A stretch of 64,000 nucleotides of DNA, taken from contig OZ240219.1 in the NCBI GenBank assembly GCA_965197645.1, positions 320,001 to 384,000 on the forward strand. Reading direction: 5' to 3'. The position numbers and the translations under genes were made by a program. Positions 48,730-58,291 of the stretch are shown one piece after another (position 1 is the stretch's first letter; every line of letters starts with the position of its first letter). The stretch comes from Dehalococcoidia bacterium (GTDB taxonomy: Bacteria > Chloroflexota > Dehalococcoidia > Plut-88900). The notes under the pieces were generated by a model. That model was not told the DNA's origin. It saw nothing but the letters and a program-made list of their open reading frames with translations, and ran no database searches.

Positions 48730-50673
48730 ATGTCACACCCCGCGACGAATCGAACATCCAACATCACGAACGACCTGGCTTACCTGGGCCTCGGCGCCGT
48801 CACGGTCGTATTCGGCCTCCAGGTACTGCGCATGTTCATCGTCCTCATGGGGGTCTACCTCCGCCAGATCGAGGATGTTGGCACCGTCACGCTGGGCGTT
48901 GTCGCGCTCCTCGTCTTTGCATCCGGGTTACTCGCTCCCATGGTGCCTCGTGTCCTGGGTCAACGGGATGCGCTCATCCTGACCGCAGGAGGCCTGGGGT
49001 TGGTGCGACTTATCGAGCAACTGGTATCCTCGCCACCTGCAGATGTCGCACTGTCCATCGCCGGCACGGTGCTGTTCCTGTGGTTCATCCCCACCTTTGT
49101 TCAGGACCTTCAAGCTAGCGATTCCAGCGGGCGCAGCCGCCTTGCTTTTCCGATTCTGATCGGTATCTCGTCGGACACTGCCATCAAGGGGATGTTCGGA
49201 ACCATGGACACGTCGTGGGTTGGCGGCGTCGCTCCCCACGTTCTCATAGCGGTCCTGGTGGTGTGCCAGTGGGCTCTTCTGCTGCGATCTGCAATCCGCC
49301 GCCCGGAGGAGCCCGGGTCACACTCCCCGGTTAGTGCAGGCTCTCTACTAGCGTTGGGTCCGGCCATCTCCCTGGAGTTCATGCTGTTCCAGAACATGGC
49401 CCAGCAGACGGCCATCATCGATTGGGCCCAGCCAGCCGTTTTCGCCTGGATAATGGCAGCCAACCTGGCCGGAATCGTAGCTGCCGCCGCCCTACTCCCG
49501 AACTCAACCCGCATCATCCCATATGGTCTCTCAGTACTGGGTCCATTGCTGGTTCTCCTGGTCATCGAGCAGCACTCCGGCCTTCCAGCCGCCCTGGCGC
49601 TGCTGGCGGGGCAGGTCATCCTATCCCTCTTCATCGCCGCCGCCTTGGCCGGCCGTTCCCAGACAGAGGCAACGAGCTTCGGTAGGGCGTCGACGTGGAG
49701 CGGGGCCGGGATGATTCTCTTCGTGCTGTTCATCTTCGCCTACTACGCCTCTTACGACGTCAACCTGTTGGTCCCCGGCAAGGCTGTGCCGCCCATCGCC
49801 GCAGCCCTGGTTGTCCTGCCTGTTCTGATCGTGAATCTGCGACCACACGGTAATGCACTGCCTGCCAGCTTCAAGTGGGTCTTCCTGGTTCCCGCTGTAA
49901 TCCTGCTGTTTCTACCTCTGGCCCGCTTCATGACGTGGGAAGAAGTATCGGCGTCGGAGGGGGACGGATTACCGGTTAGGGTGATGTCCTACAACATCCA
50001 CCAGGGTTTCGATGTCGAAGGCGTGCTGGGCATGGAGGCTCTGGCCCGTGTCATCGAGGCGCAAGACCCCGATATCGTGGCGCTGCAAGAGGTGTCCCGT
50101 GGATGGGTCATCAACGGCTCAACCGATACCCTGGTATGGCTCTCCCAGCGGCTGGAGATGGACTACGTGTGGGGACCTGCCGCCGACTCTACCTGGGGAA
50201 ATGCGGTCCTCTCTCGATTTCCTGTGTTGGACTCTCAGAACATATCCATGCCCAACAACGATGAGATCCGCTTGGACCGAGGGTTTCTAGACGTAGATAT
50301 AAACATTGGCAATGGAGAGGTATTGAGGGTGGTGGCGACCCATCTTCACGCCGGGGACACCGAGGGTGTCTTTCGAGAACCTCAGATTCGGGCCATCACC
50401 GGTTTCTGGAACGGCGCCGACCGGACGGTCCTGCTGGGCGACCTCAATGCCCAGCCCGGCGACCCTGAGATGCTTCACCTGGCCGAAGCCGGAATGTTGG
50501 ACGCTTTTCTCATCTCCGGCACCTCGGGCCCGGGCTTCACCTCCGAGGCTGACGACCCCCGCCAGCGCATCGATTACATCTGGGTCTCACCGGACCTGAA
50601 CGCCGGGGATTTCGTAGTTACCCAGAGCCTGGCCTCCGACCATTTCCCAGTAACAGCTACCCTGTTCCGCTAG
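48730..50673 (+). CDS. Multi-pass membrane protein with C-terminal endonuclease/exonuclease/phosphatase domain (CWH43/PGAP2IP-like architecture)
   Basis: About 12 TM segments, then MSYNIH, ALQEV, GNAVLSRFP, GDLN, IDYIW, SDHFPV. Confidence 0.85.
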   Translation: MSHPATNRTSNITNDLAYLGLGAVTVVFGLQVLRMFIVLMGVYLRQIEDVGTVTLGVVALLVFASGLLAPMVPRVLGQRDALILTAGGLGLVRLIEQLVSSPPADVALSIAGTVLFLWFIPTFVQDLQASDSSGRSRLAFPILIGISSDTAIKGMFGTMDTSWVGGVAPHVLIAVLVVCQWALLLRSAIRRPEEPGSHSPVSAGSLLALGPAISLEFMLFQNMAQQTAIIDWAQPAVFAWIMAANLAGIVAAAALLPNSTRIIPYGLSVLGPLLVLLVIEQHSGLPAALALLAGQVILSLFIAAALAGRSQTEATSFGRASTWSGAGMILFVLFIFAYYASYDVNLLVPGKAVPPIAAALVVLPVLIVNLRPHGNALPASFKWVFLVPAVILLFLPLARFMTWEEVSASEGDGLPVRVMSYNIHQGFDVEGVLGMEALARVIEAQDPDIVALQEVSRGWVINGSTDTLVWLSQRLEMDYVWGPAADSTWGNAVLSRFPVLDSQNISMPNNDEIRLDRGFLDVDINIGNGEVLRVVATHLHAGDTEGVFREPQIRAITGFWNGADRTVLLGDLNAQPGDPEMLHLAEAGMLDAFLISGTSGPGFTSEADDPRQRIDYIWVSPDLNAGDFVVTQSLASDHFPVTATLFR

Positions 50674-50733
50674 GATGAGCCAGCCCTGAGCCGATAGCCG
50701 CTCGTGCTATACTGGAACGCCGAACGTTACCCC

Positions 50734-50809
50734 GCCCCTGTAGCTCAGAGGATAGAGCAACGGTTTCCTAAACCGTGTGTCGGCGGTTCGAGTCCGCCCA
50801 GGGGTACCA
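50734..50809 (+). tRNA. tRNA-Arg(CCT)
   Basis: GCCCCTGTAGCTCAGAGGATAGAGCAACGGTTTCCTAAACCGTGTGTCGGCGGTTCGAGTCCGCCCAGGGGTACCA; anticodon CCT. Confidence 0.97.
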
Positions 50810-50824
50810 TGCCGGAGAAGCGCC

Positions 50825-50955
50825 GGCCCTGGGAATGCTCCAGGAGCTAGCCCTGCCTGACTTGGCCTTGATCTCCTTGACGACCGAACGAAGGTCCTGG
50901 TTTCCGTCAACTCGTTGGTCTTGAGGAGGTCGACCATTTCTGCGTCATAGTCAAA
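50825..50955 (-). pseudogene. Frameshifted C-terminal remnant of a large serine recombinase (putative)
   Basis: Reads DYDAEMVDLLKTNELTETRTFVRS / frameshift / VKEIKAKSGRASSWSIP, resembling the ...FVRSFVKEI...YSIP tail of large serine recombinases; points toward the tRNA 3' end. Confidence 0.5.
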
Positions 50956-51205
50956 GAACCTCTGGCAACTTCAGCGATCTCCTCAAAGCAGCTCTCCCCC
51001 CGTAAGTTGTCTTACCGCTCCTTGCTTCCGGATACCCCTCCGTTTAAGATACACTTTACCGATCACCGTCTGGCTAAGATCGTTCTTGACCATTAGCCAG
51101 TTAAGGTTTAGGCGCCTCATCAGTGAGGTTTCGCGGCCCTAAGCCGACCAAACGACCGAGCTATAGGCTACAAACACATACAGGTGTATAAGGGAGGGTG
51201 CCACG

Positions 51206-52666
51206 ATGGCAGAGCTAGGTTTACTGTCTCAGACTATTTCAGAACTAGCCCCCCGGATTAAATCCAGAGAGGTTTCCCCCGTCGAGGTGACCGAGAGCGC
51301 CTTGGAGCATGCAGAACGGATGCAGCCCATACTCAAATCGTTCATCACTCTGACCTCGGATCTGGCCCTTCGCCGCGCTCAAGAGCTGGAACAAATGCTG
51401 ATGCGCGGCGAGTATCTGGGGCCACTGCACGGGATTCCGATAGGCCTTAAAGACATGCTGCTGACAGCAGGGGTAAGGACTACGGACGGCGGAAAGCCTT
51501 TAGAAAACTACGTCCCGGAGGAAGATGCTGAAGTAGTCCGCAGACTCAGGTCGGCCGGAGCCGTCATTATTGGCAAGGAGAATATGCATGAGGTCGGAGC
51601 CGGCTTCGTAAGTGACAACCAGTGGTATGGCCGAGTAAGCAACCCCTGGGACCTGGATAGACCTGCCGGTGGGTCCAGTGGGGGATCGGCCGCCAATGTC
51701 TCCTCTTTTGTTACTTTCGCATCGATAGGGACCGATGGTGGCGGATCGGTGCGTCAACCGGCAGCAGTCTGCGGCCAAGTCGGACTCAAACCTACCTACG
51801 GCCGTATCCCCATTCGAGGCGGCTTGGAAGGGCCCGATCCTTCCACCTATCACATGGGGCCTCATGTGCGTTCAGTTCGAGACTCCGCTGTCATGCTGCA
51901 AGCTATGGCGGGATATGATCCCCTGGACGCCACCACTGCTCCAGTCCCCGTGGACGACTACACCAGCACCCTGGGTCAGAGCATCAAGGGACTGAGGATG
52001 GGTATCCCCACCAACCACTTTTATGATCCGTTGGACCCGGAGATAGGTGCGGCCACCTCGAAAGCTATCTCTGATCTGGAGGGCCTGGGGGCCGAGCCGG
52101 TCGAGGTTGAGGTGAAGTACACGGAAGAAATGTTCAAGGTTGGCAGCGTCTTGCTGGCCGGTTACATCGTTCCCTATGAGAAGATTGTGCGGGAAAACCG
52201 AGAAAACATGAGTCCACCCGAGCGTTACTGGGTCATGACCAGCCAGTTCGTATTGGCCACCGATCTGGTCAAAGCACAGCAGGTTCGCCATCTGTTCCAG
52301 CAGGCATGGAATGAGATGATGCAGGAGGTCGACTTCCTGGTTGTTCCCACAACGGCGGCTCTTCCCTGGAAATTCGGGGACAAGACGGTCAAGGTGGGGG
52401 ATACTGAGCACGACGTGAGCAGTCTTCCGCACGCGGCGAATGGATGGATTATGGGCCGTAACACAATCCCCGGAAACTATACAGGAGTGCCTGCGATTAC
52501 CGTCCCCTCAGGGTTCTCAAGCGCAGGTCTACCTATCGGCCTTCAGATCATGGGTAGACCCTGGGAAGATACCCTGGTGCTGCGTGTGGCCCACCAATAC
52601 GAACAGGTCAACCCCCAGTCAGGCAAGGTGCCTCCGGCCGTCCAAGAGGCCATCGGGGCAAGTTAA
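51206..52666 (+). CDS. Amidase-signature family amidase (GatA/AtzE-like)
   Basis: GPLHGIPIGLKD, GGSSGGS, GTDGGGSVR, GLKPTYGR, GLPIGLQ. Confidence 0.92.
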   Translation: MAELGLLSQTISELAPRIKSREVSPVEVTESALEHAERMQPILKSFITLTSDLALRRAQELEQMLMRGEYLGPLHGIPIGLKDMLLTAGVRTTDGGKPLENYVPEEDAEVVRRLRSAGAVIIGKENMHEVGAGFVSDNQWYGRVSNPWDLDRPAGGSSGGSAANVSSFVTFASIGTDGGGSVRQPAAVCGQVGLKPTYGRIPIRGGLEGPDPSTYHMGPHVRSVRDSAVMLQAMAGYDPLDATTAPVPVDDYTSTLGQSIKGLRMGIPTNHFYDPLDPEIGAATSKAISDLEGLGAEPVEVEVKYTEEMFKVGSVLLAGYIVPYEKIVRENRENMSPPERYWVMTSQFVLATDLVKAQQVRHLFQQAWNEMMQEVDFLVVPTTAALPWKFGDKTVKVGDTEHDVSSLPHAANGWIMGRNTIPGNYTGVPAITVPSGFSSAGLPIGLQIMGRPWEDTLVLRVAHQYEQVNPQSGKVPPAVQEAIGAS

Positions 52667-52716
52667 CGTCTTCCAACAACCCCATTGGTAACGTCCGATC
52701 AAACAGGGAGGCCAAG

Positions 52717-52893
52717 ATGACAATAAGCAAAGAGTTGGTTGTGAGACTGATCGAGGAGCAAGGGCTGATTCCGATGTCTGATGAAGAGTTGGAGATCGCC
52801 TTACCCACCATCCAGTCTATAGCGGACAACATGAAGGAGATATCGGAGTTGGACCTATCGGGAGTAAGAACCAGCCACGTTTTTCGTGCCTAG
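52717..52893 (+). CDS. Small GatC/AtzG-like amidase partner (58 aa; below the ORF-track cutoff)
   Basis: GGAGG RBS; MTISKELVVRLIEEQGLIPMSDEELEIALPTIQSIADNMKEISELDLSGVRTSHVFRA resembles the GatC pattern (I...V.....L.LSEEE...L.ELD...V). Confidence 0.7.
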   Translation: MTISKELVVRLIEEQGLIPMSDEELEIALPTIQSIADNMKEISELDLSGVRTSHVFRA

Positions 52894-53033
52894 GTCTAAA
52901 CGGATAATCCGTTCCTTCGAGCATCCTGCTAATTTCTAGGGCATTTCCATATCCACAACGGCCTCGGTTCCTCGAGGCCGCTAATCCGCAGTGGCGTTCC
53001 TCGGTTGCCGCTACACATGAAGCGTCCTAATCC

Positions 53034-53981
53034 ATGACACGTTTCATCCTCGTTCGCATAGCCACCTCTATCTTGACTATTTGGGGCGTGGCCACCCTGG
53101 TGTTCATCGCCCTGCACTTTGTTCCAGGCGGATTCGCGGAAGTGCTTTTGGGCGCCAGTGCTACCCCCGAGGTCATCGAGCGCATGAATGCGAAGTTTGG
53201 CCTCGATAAGCCGGTCCCCGTTCAATACGGCTACTGGTTTTTCAACGCATTGCAGGGGGACTTGGGAACGTCACTACGGAGCCACAATTCGGTGGTGTCG
53301 GAGATATTCCGAAGGTCTCAGGTAACCGTTGAACTGACCTTGCTGTCGACGTTGTTCTCGATCATCGTAGGAGTCCCGGCGGGAATTTTTGCCGCGCGGC
53401 GTAGAGGCTCCCCATTGGCAGTAGCCGTCCAAGGGCTATCCGTCGCCGGTCTATCGATACCGGACTTCGTCCTAGGAACCATTCTCATCTACTTTGTATC
53501 CACTCAGGGAATAGGTCTTCCCGTCTCCGGTTACGTTCCCCCGGGGGAAGACCTCCTGGGACACTTCTATTCCATGGTGCTTCCGACACTGACGCTTGGA
53601 TCTATAACCACGGCAATCGTTGCTCGGGTTACGAGGTCGAGCGTCCTGGAGATCCTGTCGGAGCAGTATGTAACCACGGCTCGAAGCAAAGGGTTGCGAG
53701 ATTGGTTGGTAATCCGGAGGCACGTGTTACGCAATGCGCTTATTCCCACGGTGACGGTGGTGGGTGTAAACGTGGGGTATCTACTAAGTGGGGCCGTCAT
53801 AGTTGAGCAACTCTTCTCTCTGCCGGGCATCGGGCGTTATGCCCTGCAGGGAGTTTTGTCTAGAGACTATCCGGTAGCTCAAGGCGCCGTCCTGCTCGGT
53901 GCAACCTTGTTCGTGTCGGTCAACTTCATAGTAGACATGATCTACGCATACTTGGATCCCCGTATTCGTTACCACGAGTAA
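53034..53981 (+). CDS. Peptide/nickel ABC transporter permease (DppB/OppB-like)
   Basis: GLDKP, GDLGTS, YVTTARSKGL, RHVLRNA, AYLDPRIR. Confidence 0.93.
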   Translation: MTRFILVRIATSILTIWGVATLVFIALHFVPGGFAEVLLGASATPEVIERMNAKFGLDKPVPVQYGYWFFNALQGDLGTSLRSHNSVVSEIFRRSQVTVELTLLSTLFSIIVGVPAGIFAARRRGSPLAVAVQGLSVAGLSIPDFVLGTILIYFVSTQGIGLPVSGYVPPGEDLLGHFYSMVLPTLTLGSITTAIVARVTRSSVLEILSEQYVTTARSKGLRDWLVIRRHVLRNALIPTVTVVGVNVGYLLSGAVIVEQLFSLPGIGRYALQGVLSRDYPVAQGAVLLGATLFVSVNFIVDMIYAYLDPRIRYHE

Positions 53982-53989
53982 GGCGTTCA

Positions 53990-54871
53990 GTGGCAACTGC
54001 AAATCGCATGCGAACTACACTATCCCATCGCTTATGGGTCTTGTCGAAGTTTGCCTTCCGCAATAAGACCGCCTCGGTCGCGGTCCTATTCTTGCTAGCC
54101 GCCGTGTCCTTCTCGATTATCGGGCCCTTGGTGGGGACCGGAAATCCACAGGAAATCCACCCCACCGCAACTTTCGGCGCCCCGTCATCGGAATTCCCAA
54201 TGGGAACGGATCGCCTGGGCAGAAGTATGTTTGCTCGGCTTGTTGTGGCATTTCGATACTCCCTGGGACTGGCCGTATTGTGTGCCGCCATTGCTGCTGT
54301 TTTCGGAACGCTTCTGGGAATGTTAGTCGGATATCTCGGCGGGCTGACGGACCAGATAGTCATGCGGTTTATGGACATGGGCTTTGCTTTTCCAATGCTG
54401 TTGATGGCCATCCTGGTCGCCGCGGTAATAGGCACAGGCGCCCCTAGTGTCGTGGTCACCATCATCGTTGTGACACTGCCGGCCTTCTCCAGAGTAGCCC
54501 GCGGTCCTACGTTAAGCGTTAGAGAGAGGGAGTACGTAACGGCTGCCATAGTAAACGGGGCGGGTCTTCTGCGAATCCTGAGCCGACATGTGTTGCCCAA
54601 CATTCTGCCCCCGGTCTTGGTCCAGCTGTCATTCACCTTGTCCGTAGCATTGATAGTGGAAGGTGCACTGAGCTTCCTTGGACTTGGCATTCAACCCCCA
54701 CAACCGTCCCTCGGCTCCCTGTTACGCGATGGCAAGAACTATCTGGAGATCGCCCCCTGGACAGTGCTGTTCCCGGGTATGGCTCTGGCGTTGGCAATCC
54801 TGGCCATCAACATATTCGGAGACTGGCTGCGAGACTTTCTCGATCCCAAGCTTCGCCACCAGGAACGATAG
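53990..54871 (+). CDS. Peptide ABC transporter permease (DppC/OppC-like)
   Basis: GTDRLGR, REYVTAA..NGA, HVLPN, LSFLGLG, LRDFLDPK. Confidence 0.93.
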   Translation: MATANRMRTTLSHRLWVLSKFAFRNKTASVAVLFLLAAVSFSIIGPLVGTGNPQEIHPTATFGAPSSEFPMGTDRLGRSMFARLVVAFRYSLGLAVLCAAIAAVFGTLLGMLVGYLGGLTDQIVMRFMDMGFAFPMLLMAILVAAVIGTGAPSVVVTIIVVTLPAFSRVARGPTLSVREREYVTAAIVNGAGLLRILSRHVLPNILPPVLVQLSFTLSVALIVEGALSFLGLGIQPPQPSLGSLLRDGKNYLEIAPWTVLFPGMALALAILAINIFGDWLRDFLDPKLRHQER

Positions 54872-55306
54872 TCCTGGCATTAGCCTCTGAGAAATGGGGC
54901 GATGCTGGCCCTGGATTACCGACCCGCGTACGGGTACTGATGGCAGGACATTCAGATCATGGACCAGGCGTCGATCAGACTAGACCTCATAGCTGGCCTA
55001 ACAGGCAGCATAATTGGATTATTCCAAAGAGGGCGTAAATCGAGTCGCTGAGCCTCGGCATCAGCGATTCACAGAACGAGACGTTGTGGGCAAGTTCGGA
55101 GCCATTGGACAGTCATATCCTGACATGTTCATTGAACATCTACTGGAACGAGTACAATAACTTGACAAATTGGGGACGGTGGTCTAGTTTCTCCTCGGAC
55201 GTGCGGGATTACAACTCTAACCACGAAACTACCTCGGGAGCCACTTACGTCGTAACTGATGCCCTAAGGTAGTCACATCGTAGGCGAAGACGGAGAGATA
55301 GAGGAA

Positions 55307-56962
55307 ATGATGAAAACCTTCAAAAAGAAAAGCTTATCGGCATTTCTGGTGCTTGGGGTGATAGCCCTGTTGATCATCGCCGCCTGTGGCGGTTCTGAGA
55401 CTCCCACAACGGCACCCGAAGTAGCCGCACCGGAGGAAGAGGCGACTGCCACGGCCGCCCCAGCCACCCCAGAGCCGGAAGTAATGGCGCCATCCTCAGG
55501 CGGCAAGCTGGTCATCGGAAAACCGTGTGAAGCCCAGTCGAAGGACCCACACAACAGTCCCTTCCAATGCTCCTGGGAAATTCACGCCTTGGTCTATGAA
55601 CCGTTGGTCTTTTTGGACGACGATTTGAACCCGATTCCTGGGCTGGCAACGAGTTGGGAAACCCCCGACGATCGGACCTATGTATTCAACCTGCGCCAGG
55701 GAGTGGACTTCCACAATGGCCGAGAAATGGTTGCGGAGGACGTCGTTTTTAGCCTGAATAGGGTGCTGGATCCCGATACGGCCTCTTTTTGGGCCACTAA
55801 GATGGGCCCGATCGACAGCATAGAAGCAACAGGAGAGCACCAGGTTACGGTGCGTTTGTCCGACCCCTACTCACCTTTCCTGTTTGCTCTCGGCTCCATA
55901 ATGACCTCCATCGTGCCGGGCCAGGAGGTACAGTCGGGTGACCTGAACGTGGAAACGGACATGATAGGCACCGGCCCCTTCATGCTCGTTGACCATCAGG
56001 AAGACCATCGATGGTTGTTTGAAAAGTTCGATGGTTACTGGCAGGAAGGCGAGCCTTCATTGGATGAAGTGGAATGGCGGATTATTCCCGACGACTCGGC
56101 ACGAGTGGCTGCGCTGCGTCAAGGGGAAATCAACCTCACCTTCTTCGAGAACCCCAAGATGTTGGATCTGCTGGCAGATGATGCCGATATCGACACTTAC
56201 GACCAGCTGACAACCAACTATTATCCCCTGATGATTAACTCCAACCAGGAACACCTCAGCGATCCGAGGGTGCGTCAGGCCATCTCCCTGGCGATCGATA
56301 GAGAAGAGGTCCGGCAACTGGCCAACTTCGGGTTTGGAGTGCTCTCGGGACCCCTTCCGATCGGTTTCGGCTCCTTGGCCAACCCGGTGGATGGGTTGCC
56401 GTACTACACTCACGACCTCGCCCAAGCACAAGCCCTTCTTGACGAGGCAGGTTACTCGGACGGCCTGACCATGCGAATATGGGTTACTCCGGATATTCCG
56501 ATCACCGTTGCGATTGCGGAAGTGTTGGTGGAGCAGTTGGGAGAGGTAGGAATATCAGTTGAAATCGTGCAACGCGAGTTGGGTCCTTTCGTGGACGACT
56601 ATTGGATCAATGGCGTACATGAGGCTGCCATCTCCTGGTGGGCCGGATATAGCGACCCGCACCTGCTGTTCAGCAACATCACCAGCAATGGGGCAAAGGT
56701 GCTTGGCGTCGATCGAGAGGAAGAAGCCAGGTTCTATCAATTGATGGATGAGGCCGCTCAAGCCCCAGACGATTCGTCTCGCGAGTCCGCATTCAAGGCC
56801 CTAGACAACTACCTGGCCGAGAATGCGACCCTGTTGCCCATGGTAACTCGCGATAACTTCATAGCGTGGAGGACCGATCAAGTAGAAGGCGTTGAATTCA
56901 AAGATGTAGACGGGTACGGACTTTCGATCTGGCACTCGATAAAGCAGATCACTAGTAAGTAA
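55307..56962 (+). CDS. ABC transporter substrate-binding lipoprotein, family 5
   Basis: Lipobox IAAC; Ala/Thr/Pro linker; LATSWE, FNLRQGVDFHNG, IGTGPF, VRQAISLAIDR. Confidence 0.93.
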   Translation: MMKTFKKKSLSAFLVLGVIALLIIAACGGSETPTTAPEVAAPEEEATATAAPATPEPEVMAPSSGGKLVIGKPCEAQSKDPHNSPFQCSWEIHALVYEPLVFLDDDLNPIPGLATSWETPDDRTYVFNLRQGVDFHNGREMVAEDVVFSLNRVLDPDTASFWATKMGPIDSIEATGEHQVTVRLSDPYSPFLFALGSIMTSIVPGQEVQSGDLNVETDMIGTGPFMLVDHQEDHRWLFEKFDGYWQEGEPSLDEVEWRIIPDDSARVAALRQGEINLTFFENPKMLDLLADDADIDTYDQLTTNYYPLMINSNQEHLSDPRVRQAISLAIDREEVRQLANFGFGVLSGPLPIGFGSLANPVDGLPYYTHDLAQAQALLDEAGYSDGLTMRIWVTPDIPITVAIAEVLVEQLGEVGISVEIVQRELGPFVDDYWINGVHEAAISWWAGYSDPHLLFSNITSNGAKVLGVDREEEARFYQLMDEAAQAPDDSSRESAFKALDNYLAENATLLPMVTRDNFIAWRTDQVEGVEFKDVDGYGLSIWHSIKQITSK

Positions 56963-57078
56963 CCTGTCCCAAGCCGCCACCTGCAGAAATCATCGTAGAC
57001 AATAGCAGCCAGTCATAATCTAGAACGACTGGGCCTGCCGGAACTCCGGTCCTTCGGGTCTGCCTGCCAAGAACAGGT

Positions 57079-57110
57079 AAGGGCCCCAGCGAAATCGCTG
57101 GGGCCCTTTT
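57079..57110 (+). terminator. Rho-independent terminator
   Basis: aagggccccagcg-aaat-cgctggggccctt-tt. Confidence 0.8.
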
Positions 57111-57151
57111 CGTAGATTTAATCGCCGATCCCTCGTGGGATCGGCGGTTGA

Positions 57152-57290
57152 GCTTGTCTCAAAAGCACGGACGTCTTAGTCCCAACCGCCCGCCCTCGGA
57201 AGGTTTTGTAGCTGAGGGAACATCCCCCAGGCTCCCTGCCAGAGGGAAGTTTCCCTCTGGACTCTCTCAAAGCAGGGTTCTGACACAGGC
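57152..57290. mobile_element. MITE/REP-like element related to 5018 and 16526 (inverted orientation, different ends)
   Basis: Imperfect TIR gcttgtctcaaaa / ttctgacacaggc; interior reverse complement ggcagggagcctgggggatgttccctcag resembles ggccgggagtctgagggtgtccctcag; internal hairpin ccagaggga-agtt-tccctctgg. Confidence 0.5.
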
Positions 57291-57411
57291 GCAGTTCAGT
57301 ACGGGCAGGGGTGCCAGTTGAGCTCTCAGTGTTCTGACCAAAGCTGGCAATACATATGACACCAAACGAGTCTGTTTGATATGGGGGCAGAACGCCTCGT
57401 ACCAATTCGAG

Positions 57412-57870
57412 TTAAGGATTTTGATCGTTGTCGTCGATTTCTTCGGGATTGACTTCTTGCACAACCGGATCGCCGATCTGAACGTAGGAGTCTTCTTCAT
57501 CCAACTCTTCCACAGCCGCCTCTTCCGTCTTAAGCGTCTCATATTGTGTTTCCCACTTGGGAGGTTCAAACAACCTACTGCCGAACCCCCCCAATCCACT
57601 ACCGCCAACATTTACTCTTCGCTTACGGTACGTTGTTGCGACAGCGATTCTGTCATATACAACTTTGACTTTGACCCTGGTCTTTACCAATTCAACAGAG
57701 CCTAAGGTTTCTTGTGTGTCTGGGTCTCTAATTTCCGACCCTTTAAGGCTAAGAACTTTGAAGATCATTCCAACTTTGACACCGTCTCGCTGGCCCTTGT
57801 TTATAGCGACTTCTCTTGTGTTAAGCACACGAGCTATTTTCCCGCTTATGAGTTCAAGCTGACTTGTCAT
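57412..57870 (-). CDS. Hypothetical protein, FlgT C-terminal-like beta-barrel
   Basis: GKIARV...VAINKGQRDGVKVGMIFKV...EIRDPDTQETLG...IGDPV; ATG 57870 overlaps the upstream gene; AT-richer. Confidence 0.6.
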   Translation of the reverse strand: MTSQLELISGKIARVLNTREVAINKGQRDGVKVGMIFKVLSLKGSEIRDPDTQETLGSVELVKTRVKVKVVYDRIAVATTYRKRRVNVGGSGLGGFGSRLFEPPKWETQYETLKTEEAAVEELDEEDSYVQIGDPVVQEVNPEEIDDNDQNP

Positions 57871-58291
57871 TTCTCGCACTTCTCCTTTCGATTTCGTCCA
57901 CCTCCTCGGGAACGATATCTCGCCAGTCTTCCATGGCATCCTGGCCGGTCCGAATGTGTTCGTCTACTAGAGCTTGAATCAAATTCAATCTGTGATCAGG
58001 TCCATCGCGCTTCAGATCTTCAACTTTCTCAGACAATCGATACAAACTGACATACAAAGCTGTAACTCGCCTGAAAGCGGCGCGGGCATGTATACGAATC
58101 ACATCATCAGCTCCTTCTCGCTCCATCTTTCTGCCGAAGATGTAAGAGCCGAGTAACCCACTTACCAAGATTACTACTTGGAAGAGCACAACCTCAAAAT
58201 TGGTTGGATCTCGATTGATGGTGAGAACAACAAATATTGCCACCGCCGCGAGACATGCGGCAAACAGCAGGTAGTGAAACTTATCTTTCAT
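57854..58291 (-). CDS. Hypothetical membrane protein (2 TM plus helical tail)
   Basis: Two N-terminal hydrophobic segments; overlaps the downstream gene by 17 nt. Confidence 0.65.
   Translation of the reverse strand: MKDKFHYLLFAACLAAVAIFVVLTINRDPTNFEVVLFQVVILVSGLLGSYIFGRKMEREGADDVIRIHARAAFRRVTALYVSLYRLSEKVEDLKRDGPDHRLNLIQALVDEHIRTGQDAMEDWRDIVPEEVDEIERRSARNDKSA

Noticed and set aside
51206-52666. Calling the amidase the translational gatA
   Set aside because: No gatB, island context, and the sequence resembles catabolic amidases
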